This document shows positions 37,000-47,024 of a DNA stretch of 64,000 nt, piece after piece; position 1 is the first letter of the stretch, and each line of letters starts with the position of its first letter. The notes below the pieces were generated by a model, which did no database searches, was not told the origin of the DNA, and saw only the letters and a list, made by a program, of their open reading frames with translations. The DNA comes from Pseudomonadota bacterium (GTDB lineage Bacteria; Pseudomonadota; Gammaproteobacteria; Steroidobacterales; Steroidobacteraceae), in the NCBI GenBank assembly GCA_023391815.1, contig JAEWAF010000023.1:14663-78662 (forward strand), given 5' to 3'. A program made the position numbers and the translations under genes.

Positions 37000-37725
37000 C
37001 TAATCATCCCGCCTTCGCAGCGGCACGAAGCGCACGGCGGCCACGAACGTCGATGTCACTTTCCCATCCGCCTTCTTTTCCAGCACCAAGAGTTGTTGTG
37101 TGGCGGCGGTCGGCCCGACGGGCACGACCATCCGGCCTCCGGGTTTGAGCTGCTCGACCAAGGGCTGCGGTATATGGTCGGGCGCTGCCGTGATGACGAT
37201 GCTGTCGAACGGCGCGTGCTCCACCCAGCCGCTATAGCCGTCGCCCGCTCGAACGGTAACGTTGTCGTAGCCCAGCTTCTCCAATACTTCGCTGGCCGTC
37301 CGCGCCAGCGTCTGTTCTATCTCGATCGAATAAACATGCTCGACGATTTCCGCGAGCACCGCGGTTTGATAACCCGACCCGGTGCCCACTTCCAACACGC
37401 GATGATTCTTCTCGGGTCGCGTGAGCTCGGTCATCAGCGCCACGATGTAAGGCTGCGAAATCGTCTGGCTTTCGCCGATGGGCAGCGGCGTGTCGCGATA
37501 GGCGGCGCGCTTCTCGCTGTCCGGGACGAACTCGTGACGAGGCACCTTGCGCATCGCTGCGAGCACTCGCTCGTCACGCACATCGCGATCCGCGATCTGC
37601 CGGCTGACCATCTCGGCCCGCTCCGAGGCATAGTCATCCATCCCCGCGCCGGCGGCACCAGTTTCGTGAGCACAGAATAGGGAGAACATGAGGGCGCGAG
37701 GGATCGGGCAACGGGACTTGGCCAT
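37000..37725 (-). CDS. pcm: Protein-L-isoaspartate O-methyltransferase
   Basis: VLAAMRKVPRHEFVP...PLPIGESQTISQPYIVALMTE...VLEVGTGSGYQTAVLAEI...IVITAAPDHIPQPLVEQLKPGGRMVVPVG. Start uncertain (ATG at 37725 or the MDDYAS ATG at 37641). Confidence 0.9.
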   Translation of the reverse strand: MAKSRCPIPRALMFSLFCAHETGAAGAGMDDYASERAEMVSRQIADRDVRDERVLAAMRKVPRHEFVPDSEKRAAYRDTPLPIGESQTISQPYIVALMTELTRPEKNHRVLEVGTGSGYQTAVLAEIVEHVYSIEIEQTLARTASEVLEKLGYDNVTVRAGDGYSGWVEHAPFDSIVITAAPDHIPQPLVEQLKPGGRMVVPVGPTAATQQLLVLEKKADGKVTSTFVAAVRFVPLRRRDD

Positions 37726-37793
37726 GGGCGTCTCCGATCCCGATCATATCGACCTCGGCGGAAGGACGACAGCCGCCGATTTCGGACAGCGCG

Positions 37794-38639
37794 CTAGCGT
37801 GGCGGAACGAAGTCGAACTGAGCGATCTCGAGACGCGCGTTCGGCACCGGGTCGAGCGTGGTAGTCGCGCGTTGAATGGCTTCGCCCTGCCCTGTCGGCG
37901 TGTCCTCGAACACTTTGCGCACCATGAGCGTTTCCGCGTCCACCCAGATCGTGGTGACGCGCACGGTGTCGTTCCAATGATTCAGCTTGACGCTGCCGGT
38001 CAACAGATGGACGAGCCGGCCACCCAGCTTCTGCGTGCCGCCATACTTCGGCTCGGTCATCGTCATCAGCGCTCCTTGCAGTCCCGCCTTCTGGAACAGC
38101 AGCGGCGGAATGAGCAGCGCCGTCCCGGACGTTGGCAGCGTCGCCATGGCGAAGGCTTGAGTGCCCTGCCCCGGTGGATATTGTTCCTTGACCTTGGTGG
38201 CCGACCACCAGGAATTGAATGCATCGCCCTTGCACCAGATGGCGAAACGCTCCGCCGTCGCGTCAGCACCTTTACGGAAGTCGAAATAGAAACGGCGTGG
38301 CGCTTCGTATCGAGTCACGAAGCTGTAGCGCTCGCGGATCATGGTGGCGCCGGGCGGCTGCTCCTCCAGCTGGATCGTCCCCTGATCCGAGTAGGACTCC
38401 AGCGCCGCATAGGTCGCGCGTACTTTTTCCAGCAACTCGACCGGCTCAGGCACGACCGGACGCTGCGAAGAATTCTTCACGACACAACCGCCGGCTTGAA
38501 TGCCCGGCTTGGCGCAGGACGAAGGCGAGCTCTCCGCGGCGTTGGCCTTGCCCAGTGCCAAAAAGCTGAAACAGAGTGCGCACAGCATCACAGCGCGCGG
38601 AATGCACATCGCGGCGCTGCTGCGATTGGAGCACCTCAT
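37794..38639 (-). CDS. Exported hypothetical protein (LolA/lipoprotein-carrier-like fold suspected)
   Basis: Signal peptide (VMLCALCFSFLALGKANA). About 250-aa beta-rich body. Its ATG overlaps the upstream OmpA-like stop (ATGA). The fold guess is weak. Confidence 0.7.
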   Translation of the reverse strand: MRCSNRSSAAMCIPRAVMLCALCFSFLALGKANAAESSPSSCAKPGIQAGGCVVKNSSQRPVVPEPVELLEKVRATYAALESYSDQGTIQLEEQPPGATMIRERYSFVTRYEAPRRFYFDFRKGADATAERFAIWCKGDAFNSWWSATKVKEQYPPGQGTQAFAMATLPTSGTALLIPPLLFQKAGLQGALMTMTEPKYGGTQKLGGRLVHLLTGSVKLNHWNDTVRVTTIWVDAETLMVRKVFEDTPTGQGEAIQRATTTLDPVPNARLEIAQFDFVPPR

Positions 38640-39880
38640 CGCTTCACCAGCTCGACGCGCCGATTTCGTGCCCGGCCTTCGATCGTGTCGTTCGTGTCGC
38701 GTGGCGCGCTTGCTCCATAGCCAGACGTGTCGAGCCGCGAGGCCGCGATGCCATAGCGTTTGACGAGCGCGTCCTTCACCGCGGCCGCGCGTTTGCGCGA
38801 CAGATTCAAGTTATATGCGTCACCGCCGATCGAGTCGGTGTGCCCGCCGATCGATAGCGACCAGTCCGGATGCTTGCGCAGAACGTCCGCGATCTCTGCC
38901 AGGCGCGGCGTGGACTCCTCTCGAATCCGATCGCTATCGAACGAGAAATGAATGTCATAGATGGTCACCTTGCCCGCGGCGGCAAGCTCCTGCTCGAGCT
39001 CGGCCGCGCCCGAGTTACCCGCAGGCATCGTCGGCGTACTGCATCGATAGGAGATCTTCACGACCTGCAGCGTTTCCCGATCCGATGCCGAAGTGCGGCC
39101 ACAAAGCGTCTTCGCCACGTCCGGCGCGGCCTGCTGCATCGAGCGGCACAGCTCGACGGTCTCACGATTCATCGGCGCCACCCCGTCGATGCCCAGCCGG
39201 AACTTCAGCGCCAGCGGATTGCTCTCGTCATCGAGCACGAACAGCTCGGACAGATCGCCAACGAAATCGCCCCGCGCCCGCACCGCGGGCAATAGCACTT
39301 TCTCATCGTTCACCATGACCGGCAGCTGCACTGTTTCCAGCCGCTCGATCTCGGCGCTGGTCATGAAGTCGTAGAGATTCGGGCTCTTGTTGCGATCCGC
39401 GGGAGGGTCGCCCGAATAGGCGTTGGACAGACTGAGTTGCGCGCGGCCTCGGGTCTTGAGCGACTTCAACACGGCGGTAGAAACACCGATCGCGGTCGTT
39501 TCCGGAATCAGCTCCGGCATGCCGTCGATGTAACGCTGCGCGTACATCGTGGCGGCATTCAGATCCTGGCGACGAATCGAACGATACAGGGTGGTCTTAC
39601 GCACCTGGCCGAAGTCGCTCGCGAGAAAATCCGTCACCGGATATTCCGCCGCGTACTTCAGGCGAATCGTCGCGCCGTCGACGGACTCGATCGTCTTGAT
39701 GGACTCGTAGTCCCCATTCGGCTGACTTACCGCCGTGACGATCTGCAAGCCGGGACACAATGGAATCCGGGGCGCGCCGGCGGCGACGGCGTTCGCCACG
39801 ACGACCAGCGGCACGATGCCAATCCACCCTCTGCGAATCACGAATTGCTTCCTGGTTGGGCTCTTTCCCCAAGGACGCAA
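38636..39880 (-). CDS. OmpA C-terminal-domain protein with unrecognised ~290-aa N-terminal domain
   Basis: C-terminus IHFSFDSDRI....LAEIADVLRKHPDWSLSIGGHTDSIGGDAYNLNLSRKRAAAVKDALV...GYGASAP....TIEGRARNRRVELV. The track start is TTG (39880). An alternative GTG at 39841 gives a good signal peptide (IRRGWIGIVPLVVVANAVAA). Confidence 0.85.
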   Translation of the reverse strand: MRPWGKSPTRKQFVIRRGWIGIVPLVVVANAVAAGAPRIPLCPGLQIVTAVSQPNGDYESIKTIESVDGATIRLKYAAEYPVTDFLASDFGQVRKTTLYRSIRRQDLNAATMYAQRYIDGMPELIPETTAIGVSTAVLKSLKTRGRAQLSLSNAYSGDPPADRNKSPNLYDFMTSAEIERLETVQLPVMVNDEKVLLPAVRARGDFVGDLSELFVLDDESNPLALKFRLGIDGVAPMNRETVELCRSMQQAAPDVAKTLCGRTSASDRETLQVVKISYRCSTPTMPAGNSGAAELEQELAAAGKVTIYDIHFSFDSDRIREESTPRLAEIADVLRKHPDWSLSIGGHTDSIGGDAYNLNLSRKRAAAVKDALVKRYGIAASRLDTSGYGASAPRDTNDTIEGRARNRRVELVKR

Positions 39881-39910
39881 TCGGCTCGCGAATCATGCCA
39901 TCCGGGCGGC

Positions 39911-41677
39911 TCAGCTCCCGCCCGGGACGTATTTCCCTGCGACCGGGTCGATCAATTGACCTTGCGCGCGAAGTCTGGCCGCCAATATGTCGTACGGAAC
40001 GTTCTGCACGCGTATGCCCCGCTCGATGGCCAGCACCGCTGCCTCGCCCGCCGACTGGCCGAGGATCATGAACACCGGCTCCATGCGGATCGAACCGTAG
40101 GCAATGTGGGATGCGGACACCGCGACCGGTACGAACAAGTTGGTCGCTTCGCTGGCGCGCGGCACGATGGCGTCGTAGCTGATCTCGTACGTGCGATCGA
40201 GATGGATCTGCACATCGCCTTCGTTGCGAGCGAAGCCGTCCGCGTTCACGTAGCGCTGCACGTTATGAGAATCCATCGTATATGAGCCGAGCCCGATGGA
40301 ACGGGGCGTCGGCAGCTGGCCTTCGAGGTGCCGCTCGGTCATGACGAAGTCGGAGACCATGCGCCGTGCTTCACGCACATACATTTCGCGAGGCCAATGG
40401 TCGTTGTCGACGAACTCGTCCTTGCACAGGCCCCAGTCCGCCATCGAGGCGCGCACGTCGGCGGGCACGCGAGGATCGTTCTGCATGAACCAGAGCAGCC
40501 CCGCCTGATAGCTTTTGTGAGCGTCGAAAAGCTGTCGGCGCCGCTCGTAACCGGCGGTCGGGTAATCGTAGTTGCCGCCGATGAAGTCGGTGGAGATCGC
40601 GCCGTAATTGTTGACGTCGGTTTTCAGATTCGGCAGCGGATCGAACTTACGAAACCTGTGACGCCAGCCGGCATCGAGATAACGGCCCAGCAACTCGTAC
40701 GTCCAGGCGTTGTAATCCGCCGGCTTCGGCAACGGCGCTCGGATCGCCGGGTCCTGCGTCATGCACAGCCGGAAATTGTATGCCTGGATGCGGTGGTCCC
40801 CCGCTCCGTCCTTCGCCGGCGGCCCGGGCTCGATCAACGGCACCAGGCCGCTGGAGGGATCGCCCGGCTTGACGTACGGATCGATGTCCAGCTCGAAGTT
40901 GTGCTGCTTCGAGTTGGCCGTCTGCACGCCGTTGTAGTCCTCACCGTAAACAGCATTGGCTTCGCGACCGGTCGTGAAGCTGACGCCGGCCATGGCCATC
41001 AGATCGCCTTCATAAGTGGCGTCGACGAACACGCGGCCGGAGTAGCGGGAGCCGTCGAGCATCTCGACGGAGATGATGGCGTCGTTCTTTTTTTGGATCG
41101 CGCTCGGCTCCAGGCGCAGCTTGGCGTTGAACACCGGTTCGATGTCTGCTTCCTTCAGCCATCGCAGATAGATTGCTTCGGCGACGCGCGGCTCGAACAC
41201 CCACATCGCGTCTTCTTCGCCTTCGGTCTTCGATTGCGAGGTCGCGATACCTTTGAAGCCGACGGCTTGGTAGTGCGCCTTCACATCCTGATAGAAACGT
41301 CGCGCCATGCCGCCGATCGCGGCGTGATTGCCGGTGTCGGCCCAACCCAGCCCGTTAGTCGTCATGCCACCGACGTGCCCGTCGCGACAGAGCAAGACCA
41401 CGCTGCGCCCCCGCGACTTGGCAGTGATCGCAGCGGTCAGGCCGGCGGGTGTGCAGCCGTAGATGACGAGGTCACTGCCCGTCGACGCCACAACTGAATC
41501 GCTGACGGCATCGCCGCGCCCGCCCGAACCAGCGCAACCTGCAATGAGGCCACAGGCAGCCGTGCCCACAACGAATCGGGCAGCGGACCGAAGCGCTCTT
41601 CGCACAGCCGATGCAAGCGAACGAGTCGCGAGGGAGCGATCAAACATGTGCGCCTCTGAGTGGACCGGACGTGACAT
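39911..41677 (-). CDS. FAD-dependent oxidoreductase (FAD_oxidored/PF12831-like), lipoprotein
   Basis: Lipobox GLIAGC, then the dinucleotide-binding motif LVIYGCTPAGLTAAITAKSRGRSVVLL...GGMTTNG. Confidence 0.85.
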   Translation of the reverse strand: MSRPVHSEAHMFDRSLATRSLASAVRRALRSAARFVVGTAACGLIAGCAGSGGRGDAVSDSVVASTGSDLVIYGCTPAGLTAAITAKSRGRSVVLLCRDGHVGGMTTNGLGWADTGNHAAIGGMARRFYQDVKAHYQAVGFKGIATSQSKTEGEEDAMWVFEPRVAEAIYLRWLKEADIEPVFNAKLRLEPSAIQKKNDAIISVEMLDGSRYSGRVFVDATYEGDLMAMAGVSFTTGREANAVYGEDYNGVQTANSKQHNFELDIDPYVKPGDPSSGLVPLIEPGPPAKDGAGDHRIQAYNFRLCMTQDPAIRAPLPKPADYNAWTYELLGRYLDAGWRHRFRKFDPLPNLKTDVNNYGAISTDFIGGNYDYPTAGYERRRQLFDAHKSYQAGLLWFMQNDPRVPADVRASMADWGLCKDEFVDNDHWPREMYVREARRMVSDFVMTERHLEGQLPTPRSIGLGSYTMDSHNVQRYVNADGFARNEGDVQIHLDRTYEISYDAIVPRASEATNLFVPVAVSASHIAYGSIRMEPVFMILGQSAGEAAVLAIERGIRVQNVPYDILAARLRAQGQLIDPVAGKYVPGGS

Positions 41678-41740
41678 GAAATCTTTGCTCTTGGCGTGGG
41701 GCTGCGGCGGGCGCAGCCAGCTCGCGGCCTGCGAATCGCA

Positions 41741-44722
41741 TCAGAACGTGGCAGCCACGCCGAGATAGATCCGGCGATCGTCCAGGTACGAGCTGTACAA
41801 CCGTCCCGGGTTCGTTCGATAGAAGCTGTTGATCTCGCGGGTGAGATTCACACCTTCGAACGTCAGCTGAAAGTTGTCATTGATCCGGAACGACGCCGAC
41901 GCATCCACCTGCCCTCGCGCATCCGCGTAGTTGCTGCCCCCTGACGCAATCGACCCGCCATTCGTCATGTACTCGCTGCGATAGTTGTACGCGACGCGTC
42001 CACTGAATGGGCCGCGCTCGTAGTACACGACCGCATTCGCACTGTGCTCGGACGAATTCGGGATCGGCAAGGTCCGGCCCGTCAGCTCGTCGATCTCCGG
42101 CGTCTCGCTGTCCGCATAGGTATACGTCAACGCGTAACCGAAGCCATCGAACGGCTGGGGCAACATCGTGAGCGCGTGCTGATAGTTCAGCTCGATGCCT
42201 TGGATCTTGCCGTCCTTGCCATTCACCGGCCGGCCGATCACATAGGTGTACGCGGCCGGCCCGGTCAACGTGTTGTTCGGCGCCTCCGGATGTTCCTCGA
42301 CCACTTCGACAGAAGTGGTGAACGCCGAAACATCTTTATAGAACGCACCCACCGCCAGCAAACTGGCCGGCGCGAAGTACCACTCGACCGTGGTATCGAA
42401 CTGCGTGGCCCGGAACGGATTCAGATCGGGGTTGCCCGAAAAGCCCGTCATCGAAACCGGCTGCAACGAAATCCCGACGCCGGTGCTGGTCAGATCCGGG
42501 CGCGCCACGACCTTCGCTGCCGCCAACCGGAGCCGTAGATCGTCACGGAGGTCAAATATGAGATTCAGATTGGGCAGCGTATCCGAGAAAGACTTGCCGG
42601 CCCGCGCCTCGATCGCCTGGTTGTTGACGATGGTGTAGCCGAACGACTCGCGATCGGCATTCACCTGGCGCACGCCCAGATCGCCCGTCATCGGCACGCC
42701 GAACACATCGGTGCCGAATCGGACCATCGCGAAAAACGCCTCGGTGGTCTGCTCCACTTCATTGATGGTGGCCTTGGCGCCCGGAGTGTCGAAAGACACC
42801 GGCGTTGCACCCAATGCGCCGCGGATTCGGTTGAAGTCCACCGAGCCGGTCAACACCTGGCGCGGAAAGCTGCCGCTCTCGCCAGGAAACATTCCACCCC
42901 GCACCCCGGTGTAGTTCAGGCCGGGCACTTCGGTCGCGAGCAACGGCGTGCCCGGGGTCGGATCGCGACTGGCCAGCGAAGGGTATGTCGATAACGGATT
43001 GCCACCGAACACCTCGATGGTCTCGGTGCGCGCGCCGACCTTGACCGATCTGAAGAACCCGTCGAGCTGATACTCGACGTCGAAGTCCGCATCGTGACCC
43101 TTGTTCTCGGCGACGTAATCGACATCGAAGGTCGTATAGACCTCGTACTGCGAGGGATCGTAGATGTCATAGTTCGCGTTGATGCCGTAGTTCGGCGACA
43201 CATTCGAACCGGCTGCGTCGTATGTCACATTGGCGACATTCCCCGCGCGCTGCCTGGTGACCAGTACGTTATCGTTGCCCGAGTTGTTATTACCGCCGTC
43301 GCCGCCAAGACCAGCGCCCTCGCCTTCGCTCATGGACGCGTTGAAGTTTACGGTCCAGCGATCCCTGCTCCAGTTGACGTTGCCGCTCAGGTACTGATTC
43401 TCGGAGTACGAGTCGCCGCCGTAAATCACCGGGCGCACGGTGACACCCGAGAAGTTTCCCGAGACCAGCGTGCCACTCGCGTCGATCACGCCGTCGGTGA
43501 TGTTGTTGTTGAGAATGGTCTGCTGCACCGAGCGCACGCGGTCGGTGTCACGACGCGACTTCACCCCTTCCAGCGTGAACGTCAGCTCATCGATCGGCCG
43601 CCACTGCGCCGAAGCGTTCACCGAGTAACGCTCGTCCTCGTACGTGTTCGACCAGCTCATCAGTCGCAGCGGCCGGAAGAACGTGTCATTCACGCCGTCC
43701 CCGGTCGCATCCACGTTGGACACCTGCGTCCAGCCGCCGGATTGATAGATGTCGCTCGCGCCCGTCGAGTTGGAATAAGAGCCGCTGAGCAACACGCCGA
43801 ACTTGCGATCCGCGAACGTGTGAGCGATGAAACCCGAGACCTTCTCGCCCCACTCTTCCGCGCGATCCGCGTAGGATGTTTGTAAACGGCCGGAGATGAC
43901 CGAGTCCGCCAGATCGAGCGGTCGCTTGGTGCGCAGATTGATCACGGCACCCAGCCAGCCTTCGACCAGATCCGCCGAGGGCGCTTTGATCACATCCACA
44001 CCCGCGAGCAGCTCTGGCGAGACGTCCGCCAGATTGGGATCGCCGTTGCGCGCGCTGCCGATGAAACTCTTGCCGTTGAGCAATAGCTTGTTCAGCCCGA
44101 GGCCGCGCACGGTAATGGACTTGCCCTCACCCTCGACGCGCGTGACCTGCACACCGGGAATACGACTCAGCGTTTCCGCGATGTTTTGATCGGGCAGCTT
44201 GCCGATATCTTCGGCGGAGATGGAGTCCATGATGCGGGTGGCATCGCGCTTCACCTCGATGGCGTCGGCGATGGAGCTGCGAATGCCCACGACGGTGATT
44301 TGCTCGAGCACCGGATCGGAGGTGGCCGCACTCTCCTGACCACGATTGTCTTCCGCGGCGGATGCCGGCTCCGATTCAGCCGGCGCCGACTGACTCCGGG
44401 TCGACGATTCCTGCTGAGCGCTCGCCAGCACCAGCACGACATCGGATGACGTGCGCTCATGGCGCAACCCCGTTCCAGACAGCAAATATTCGAGCGCCTG
44501 ATCCGCCGTCATCGAGCCGCGCACACTCGGCGCTCGACGATCCGCAACCACGGTTGGATCGAACACCAGCTCGGTGCGGGTCTGACGACCGAGCGCGGTC
44601 AACGATTGCGCCAGGTTGCCGCTCTCGATCTCGATGTTTGTTTGTTCGCTCGCTTGCGCGAAGGCGTTGCCGACCAGCGCGAGCGCGCACACGCCGCCCG
44701 TGGCCCATTGAACTCTGTGCAC
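41741..44722 (-). CDS. TonB-dependent transducer (receptor with N-terminal STN signalling domain)
   Basis: STN block IEIESGNLAQSLTALGRQTRTELVFDPTVV...MTADQALEYLLSGTGL, plug (ISAEDIGKLPDQNIAETLSRIPGVQV), barrel, terminal ...YLGVAATF. GTG at 44722 with an AGGGGGAAG SD preferred over the ATG at 44854, which overlaps fecR by 32 nt. Confidence 0.9.
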   Translation of the reverse strand: MHRVQWATGGVCALALVGNAFAQASEQTNIEIESGNLAQSLTALGRQTRTELVFDPTVVADRRAPSVRGSMTADQALEYLLSGTGLRHERTSSDVVLVLASAQQESSTRSQSAPAESEPASAAEDNRGQESAATSDPVLEQITVVGIRSSIADAIEVKRDATRIMDSISAEDIGKLPDQNIAETLSRIPGVQVTRVEGEGKSITVRGLGLNKLLLNGKSFIGSARNGDPNLADVSPELLAGVDVIKAPSADLVEGWLGAVINLRTKRPLDLADSVISGRLQTSYADRAEEWGEKVSGFIAHTFADRKFGVLLSGSYSNSTGASDIYQSGGWTQVSNVDATGDGVNDTFFRPLRLMSWSNTYEDERYSVNASAQWRPIDELTFTLEGVKSRRDTDRVRSVQQTILNNNITDGVIDASGTLVSGNFSGVTVRPVIYGGDSYSENQYLSGNVNWSRDRWTVNFNASMSEGEGAGLGGDGGNNNSGNDNVLVTRQRAGNVANVTYDAAGSNVSPNYGINANYDIYDPSQYEVYTTFDVDYVAENKGHDADFDVEYQLDGFFRSVKVGARTETIEVFGGNPLSTYPSLASRDPTPGTPLLATEVPGLNYTGVRGGMFPGESGSFPRQVLTGSVDFNRIRGALGATPVSFDTPGAKATINEVEQTTEAFFAMVRFGTDVFGVPMTGDLGVRQVNADRESFGYTIVNNQAIEARAGKSFSDTLPNLNLIFDLRDDLRLRLAAAKVVARPDLTSTGVGISLQPVSMTGFSGNPDLNPFRATQFDTTVEWYFAPASLLAVGAFYKDVSAFTTSVEVVEEHPEAPNNTLTGPAAYTYVIGRPVNGKDGKIQGIELNYQHALTMLPQPFDGFGYALTYTYADSETPEIDELTGRTLPIPNSSEHSANAVVYYERGPFSGRVAYNYRSEYMTNGGSIASGGSNYADARGQVDASASFRINDNFQLTFEGVNLTREINSFYRTNPGRLYSSYLDDRRIYLGVAATF

Positions 44723-44822
44723 TCTTCCCCCTTTCTCAGCTGACGGCCCTTCGGCTCTATATTCCGAAGAACGTGTCGTGCTGAAAAACCCGCCAGCGGC
44801 GCCGACGGATTCAAGCTTGCTA

Positions 44823-45857
44823 TCAGGGATGACGGGCCACCAACGCGAACTCATCGGGGCCGCGATACTCGACCACGACCGGATGCAAGCTGGTCACCGC
44901 TTCCAGAAATCTGCGCTGGCTGTTGGTACGGAACACACCGGAGATCAGCAAATTCGACAGCCGCGGGTCGTCGATGCGAATGGTCTGCGCCGAGTATCGA
45001 TTGAACTCCGCGACCGCGTCGGCCAGCGTGGTGTTGTCGAACTCGATCAGGCCGTCACGCCATTTGAGCAGCCGTTCCTGATTCTCCGCGGCCGTACGCA
45101 CGACTTCCTTCTCCGTTGCGACCAGCGTCTCGCCCGCGTTGAGATGAATACTCTCTCTGGCCTCGGCCGCTACCGGCAGCACCGAGCCCGATTGGGCGGC
45201 ATTCTCGACGACCACGCGCCCCTCGACGAGCAGCACTTCCACACGCTTGTCGTCGAGCCGCACGTCGAACGCCGTGCCCACGGCGACGATCTGCTTCCCG
45301 CCGGCGACGACGACGAACGGCCGCGACGGATCTTTCGCAACATTGAAGAACGCCTGGCCCCGCAGTACTTCCACCGTTCGCTGACGACCGTCGAACGCGA
45401 CGTCAAGATCGGTGTCCGTGTTGAGCGTGATCGCCGAGCCGTCCGGCAAAGTCACATCGAGCTTTTCGCCGCGACGGGTGACGTAGTCCGGCGCTCCTCT
45501 CGCATAGAGCGAGGCAACGGGCCGGTCCCGAACGGCAACGAACACTCCCACGCCAATCAGCAGCAACGCCAGCGCCGCGGCGATTCCTCTCAGCCCGAAC
45601 CACGATCGCTCGGGTTGATAGCGAAGCGCCGCGCGGCGCAGAGCATCCAGATGAGGATCGTCGGGCGCGGCATCCAGAATCTGCATGGCCGACAGCGCCC
45701 GCTCGTACGCCGCTTCGTGCTGGGGCGATTGATTGCGCCACGCTTCGAACGCCCCCCGTTCCTCATCTGAAACATTGTCGGCATCGAGGCGTGCGACCCA
45801 ACGCGCAGCCGCTTCGGCGGGTGAGAGGTCTGCCGGGATGGAACGAGCGCGCATCAT
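44823..45857 (-). CDS. FecR-family anti-sigma factor/sigma regulator
   Basis: AARWVARLDA...ERGAFEAWRNQSPQHEAAYE, one TM (IAAALALLLIGVGVFVAV), FecR domain (TLPDGSAITLNTDTDL...RGQAFFNVAKDPSRPFVV..GKQIVAVGTAFDV). ATGA overlap with the sigma gene. Confidence 0.9.
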   Translation of the reverse strand: MMRARSIPADLSPAEAAARWVARLDADNVSDEERGAFEAWRNQSPQHEAAYERALSAMQILDAAPDDPHLDALRRAALRYQPERSWFGLRGIAAALALLLIGVGVFVAVRDRPVASLYARGAPDYVTRRGEKLDVTLPDGSAITLNTDTDLDVAFDGRQRTVEVLRGQAFFNVAKDPSRPFVVVAGGKQIVAVGTAFDVRLDDKRVEVLLVEGRVVVENAAQSGSVLPVAAEARESIHLNAGETLVATEKEVVRTAAENQERLLKWRDGLIEFDNTTLADAVAEFNRYSAQTIRIDDPRLSNLLISGVFRTNSQRRFLEAVTSLHPVVVEYRGPDEFALVARHP

Positions 45858-46387
45858 GGCTTCCCGTTCAGGCGCAGATCGAGATGGGCGACGGCGCGCG
45901 CCATATGCTTCTCGATCGTGCTTATCGGCATACGCAGACGCCTGGCGATGTCGGCGTAACGCATGCCCTCCAGCCGTCGCAAAAGAAATATGGTGCGCGT
46001 GACCTCGGGCAACTCCAGCATCGCCGACGTGGCCTTCTCCAGGCTCTGCTTCCCCAGCAGCACCCGCTCGGGCGTGGAATCGTCTTTGAGGTCGGGCAGC
46101 TCGGCCTCGATCTCGTCGTGCGCGCTCGCCTGGCGCACCTGGCGCTTGCGCAGCCAATCGTTGAGCACGCTTTGCGCAGTCTGGAAGACGTAGCCCGCGA
46201 CGATCTGCGAGCCATCGGTGTTCACCTTGCGAACCAGGCGCACGAACACGTCCTGCACGAGGTCATCGATCTCGTGCTGTTCCTTGACCCGTTTGCTGAA
46301 AAAGCGTCCGAGCGCGGGGCGAAACTGCCTGGCGAGCAGCTCAGCTTCGGCGCCTTCGCCACGGCGTGCCTGTCCCGGCGCATCCAT
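45854..46387 (-). CDS. ECF sigma factor (FecI-like)
   Basis: IDDLVQDVFVRLV (region 2) and LPEVTRTIFLLRRLEGMRYADIARRLRMPISTIEKHMARAV (region 4). Internal ATG at 46387. Confidence 0.9.
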   Translation of the reverse strand: MDAPGQARRGEGAEAELLARQFRPALGRFFSKRVKEQHEIDDLVQDVFVRLVRKVNTDGSQIVAGYVFQTAQSVLNDWLRKRQVRQASAHDEIEAELPDLKDDSTPERVLLGKQSLEKATSAMLELPEVTRTIFLLRRLEGMRYADIARRLRMPISTIEKHMARAVAHLDLRLNGKP

Positions 46388-46467
46388 CTCGACCCGACTC
46401 TCCGCTCGACCGGGCGCAGCCCGCCCTGACTTTAAGAACGCGCCCGACGCGGAAATCCGCCAACGCT

Positions 46468-46929
46468 TCAGGAAGCGTCGATCTCGATGGGCGTGCCTTC
46501 GACGACGCGCCCTTCCTCGCATTTGACTTTGCTGACCGGGATGACCGAGATCTTGCCCGACGCGCGCACCGTCGCGACGCGGCTCTTGTCGAGCTGGTAC
46601 TCCGAATGGAACTCCAGCGCATTCTCGGGCTCCACCGCCCACTGCACTTCGTGCGCCACTTCCGGCTCGACCTCGACCGGCGGTCGGTACACCCAGCATT
46701 GACCGGGAGTGAGCTCGTTCCGACCGATCTTCTTCCACTGGCCGGTCGTGCGCCGCTCGACGTGCAACACCACCTGCCCGCCCGGCTGCACCTTCGCCGG
46801 CGTGGCCGATCCGCTCAATTCGACGGATTGCGTTCCCTCGAGCACGTAAACCGAGGGGCCGCGCTGTTCGCCACAGCCGGCGGCCAGCGCGGAAATGACG
46901 GGAATGACAAGGATGGCTACGGATCGCAT
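46468..46929 (-). CDS. Hypothetical lipoprotein
   Basis: MRSVAILVIPVISALAAGC lipobox. 153 aa, beta-rich. No family recognised. Confidence 0.7.
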   Translation of the reverse strand: MRSVAILVIPVISALAAGCGEQRGPSVYVLEGTQSVELSGSATPAKVQPGGQVVLHVERRTTGQWKKIGRNELTPGQCWVYRPPVEVEPEVAHEVQWAVEPENALEFHSEYQLDKSRVATVRASGKISVIPVSKVKCEEGRVVEGTPIEIDAS

Positions 46930-47024
46930 AGGGGTGGTCTTTACCTCATCGCTATGTTGACGGAATCATCCACCCGAGGCCAGCCGGGCGTGATACTTCG
47001 CGGGCCGCGCCGTATATAGCCTTC

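Noticed and set aside
44723-44854. Longer version of the STN-receptor ORF starting at the ATG at 44854
   Set aside because: It would overlap the fecR 3' end by 32 nt and add about 44 non-signal-like residues. The GTG at 44722 has a strong AGGGGGAAG SD and gives a normal signal peptide (VHRVQWATGGVCALALVGNAFAQA).
46930-47024. ECF-type autoregulated promoter (GGAAC-N16/17-CGT) upstream of the sigma gene at 47025
   Set aside because: A GGAATC is present, but the nearest CGT is about 21 nt away, outside the accepted spacing. No call can be made without TSS data.
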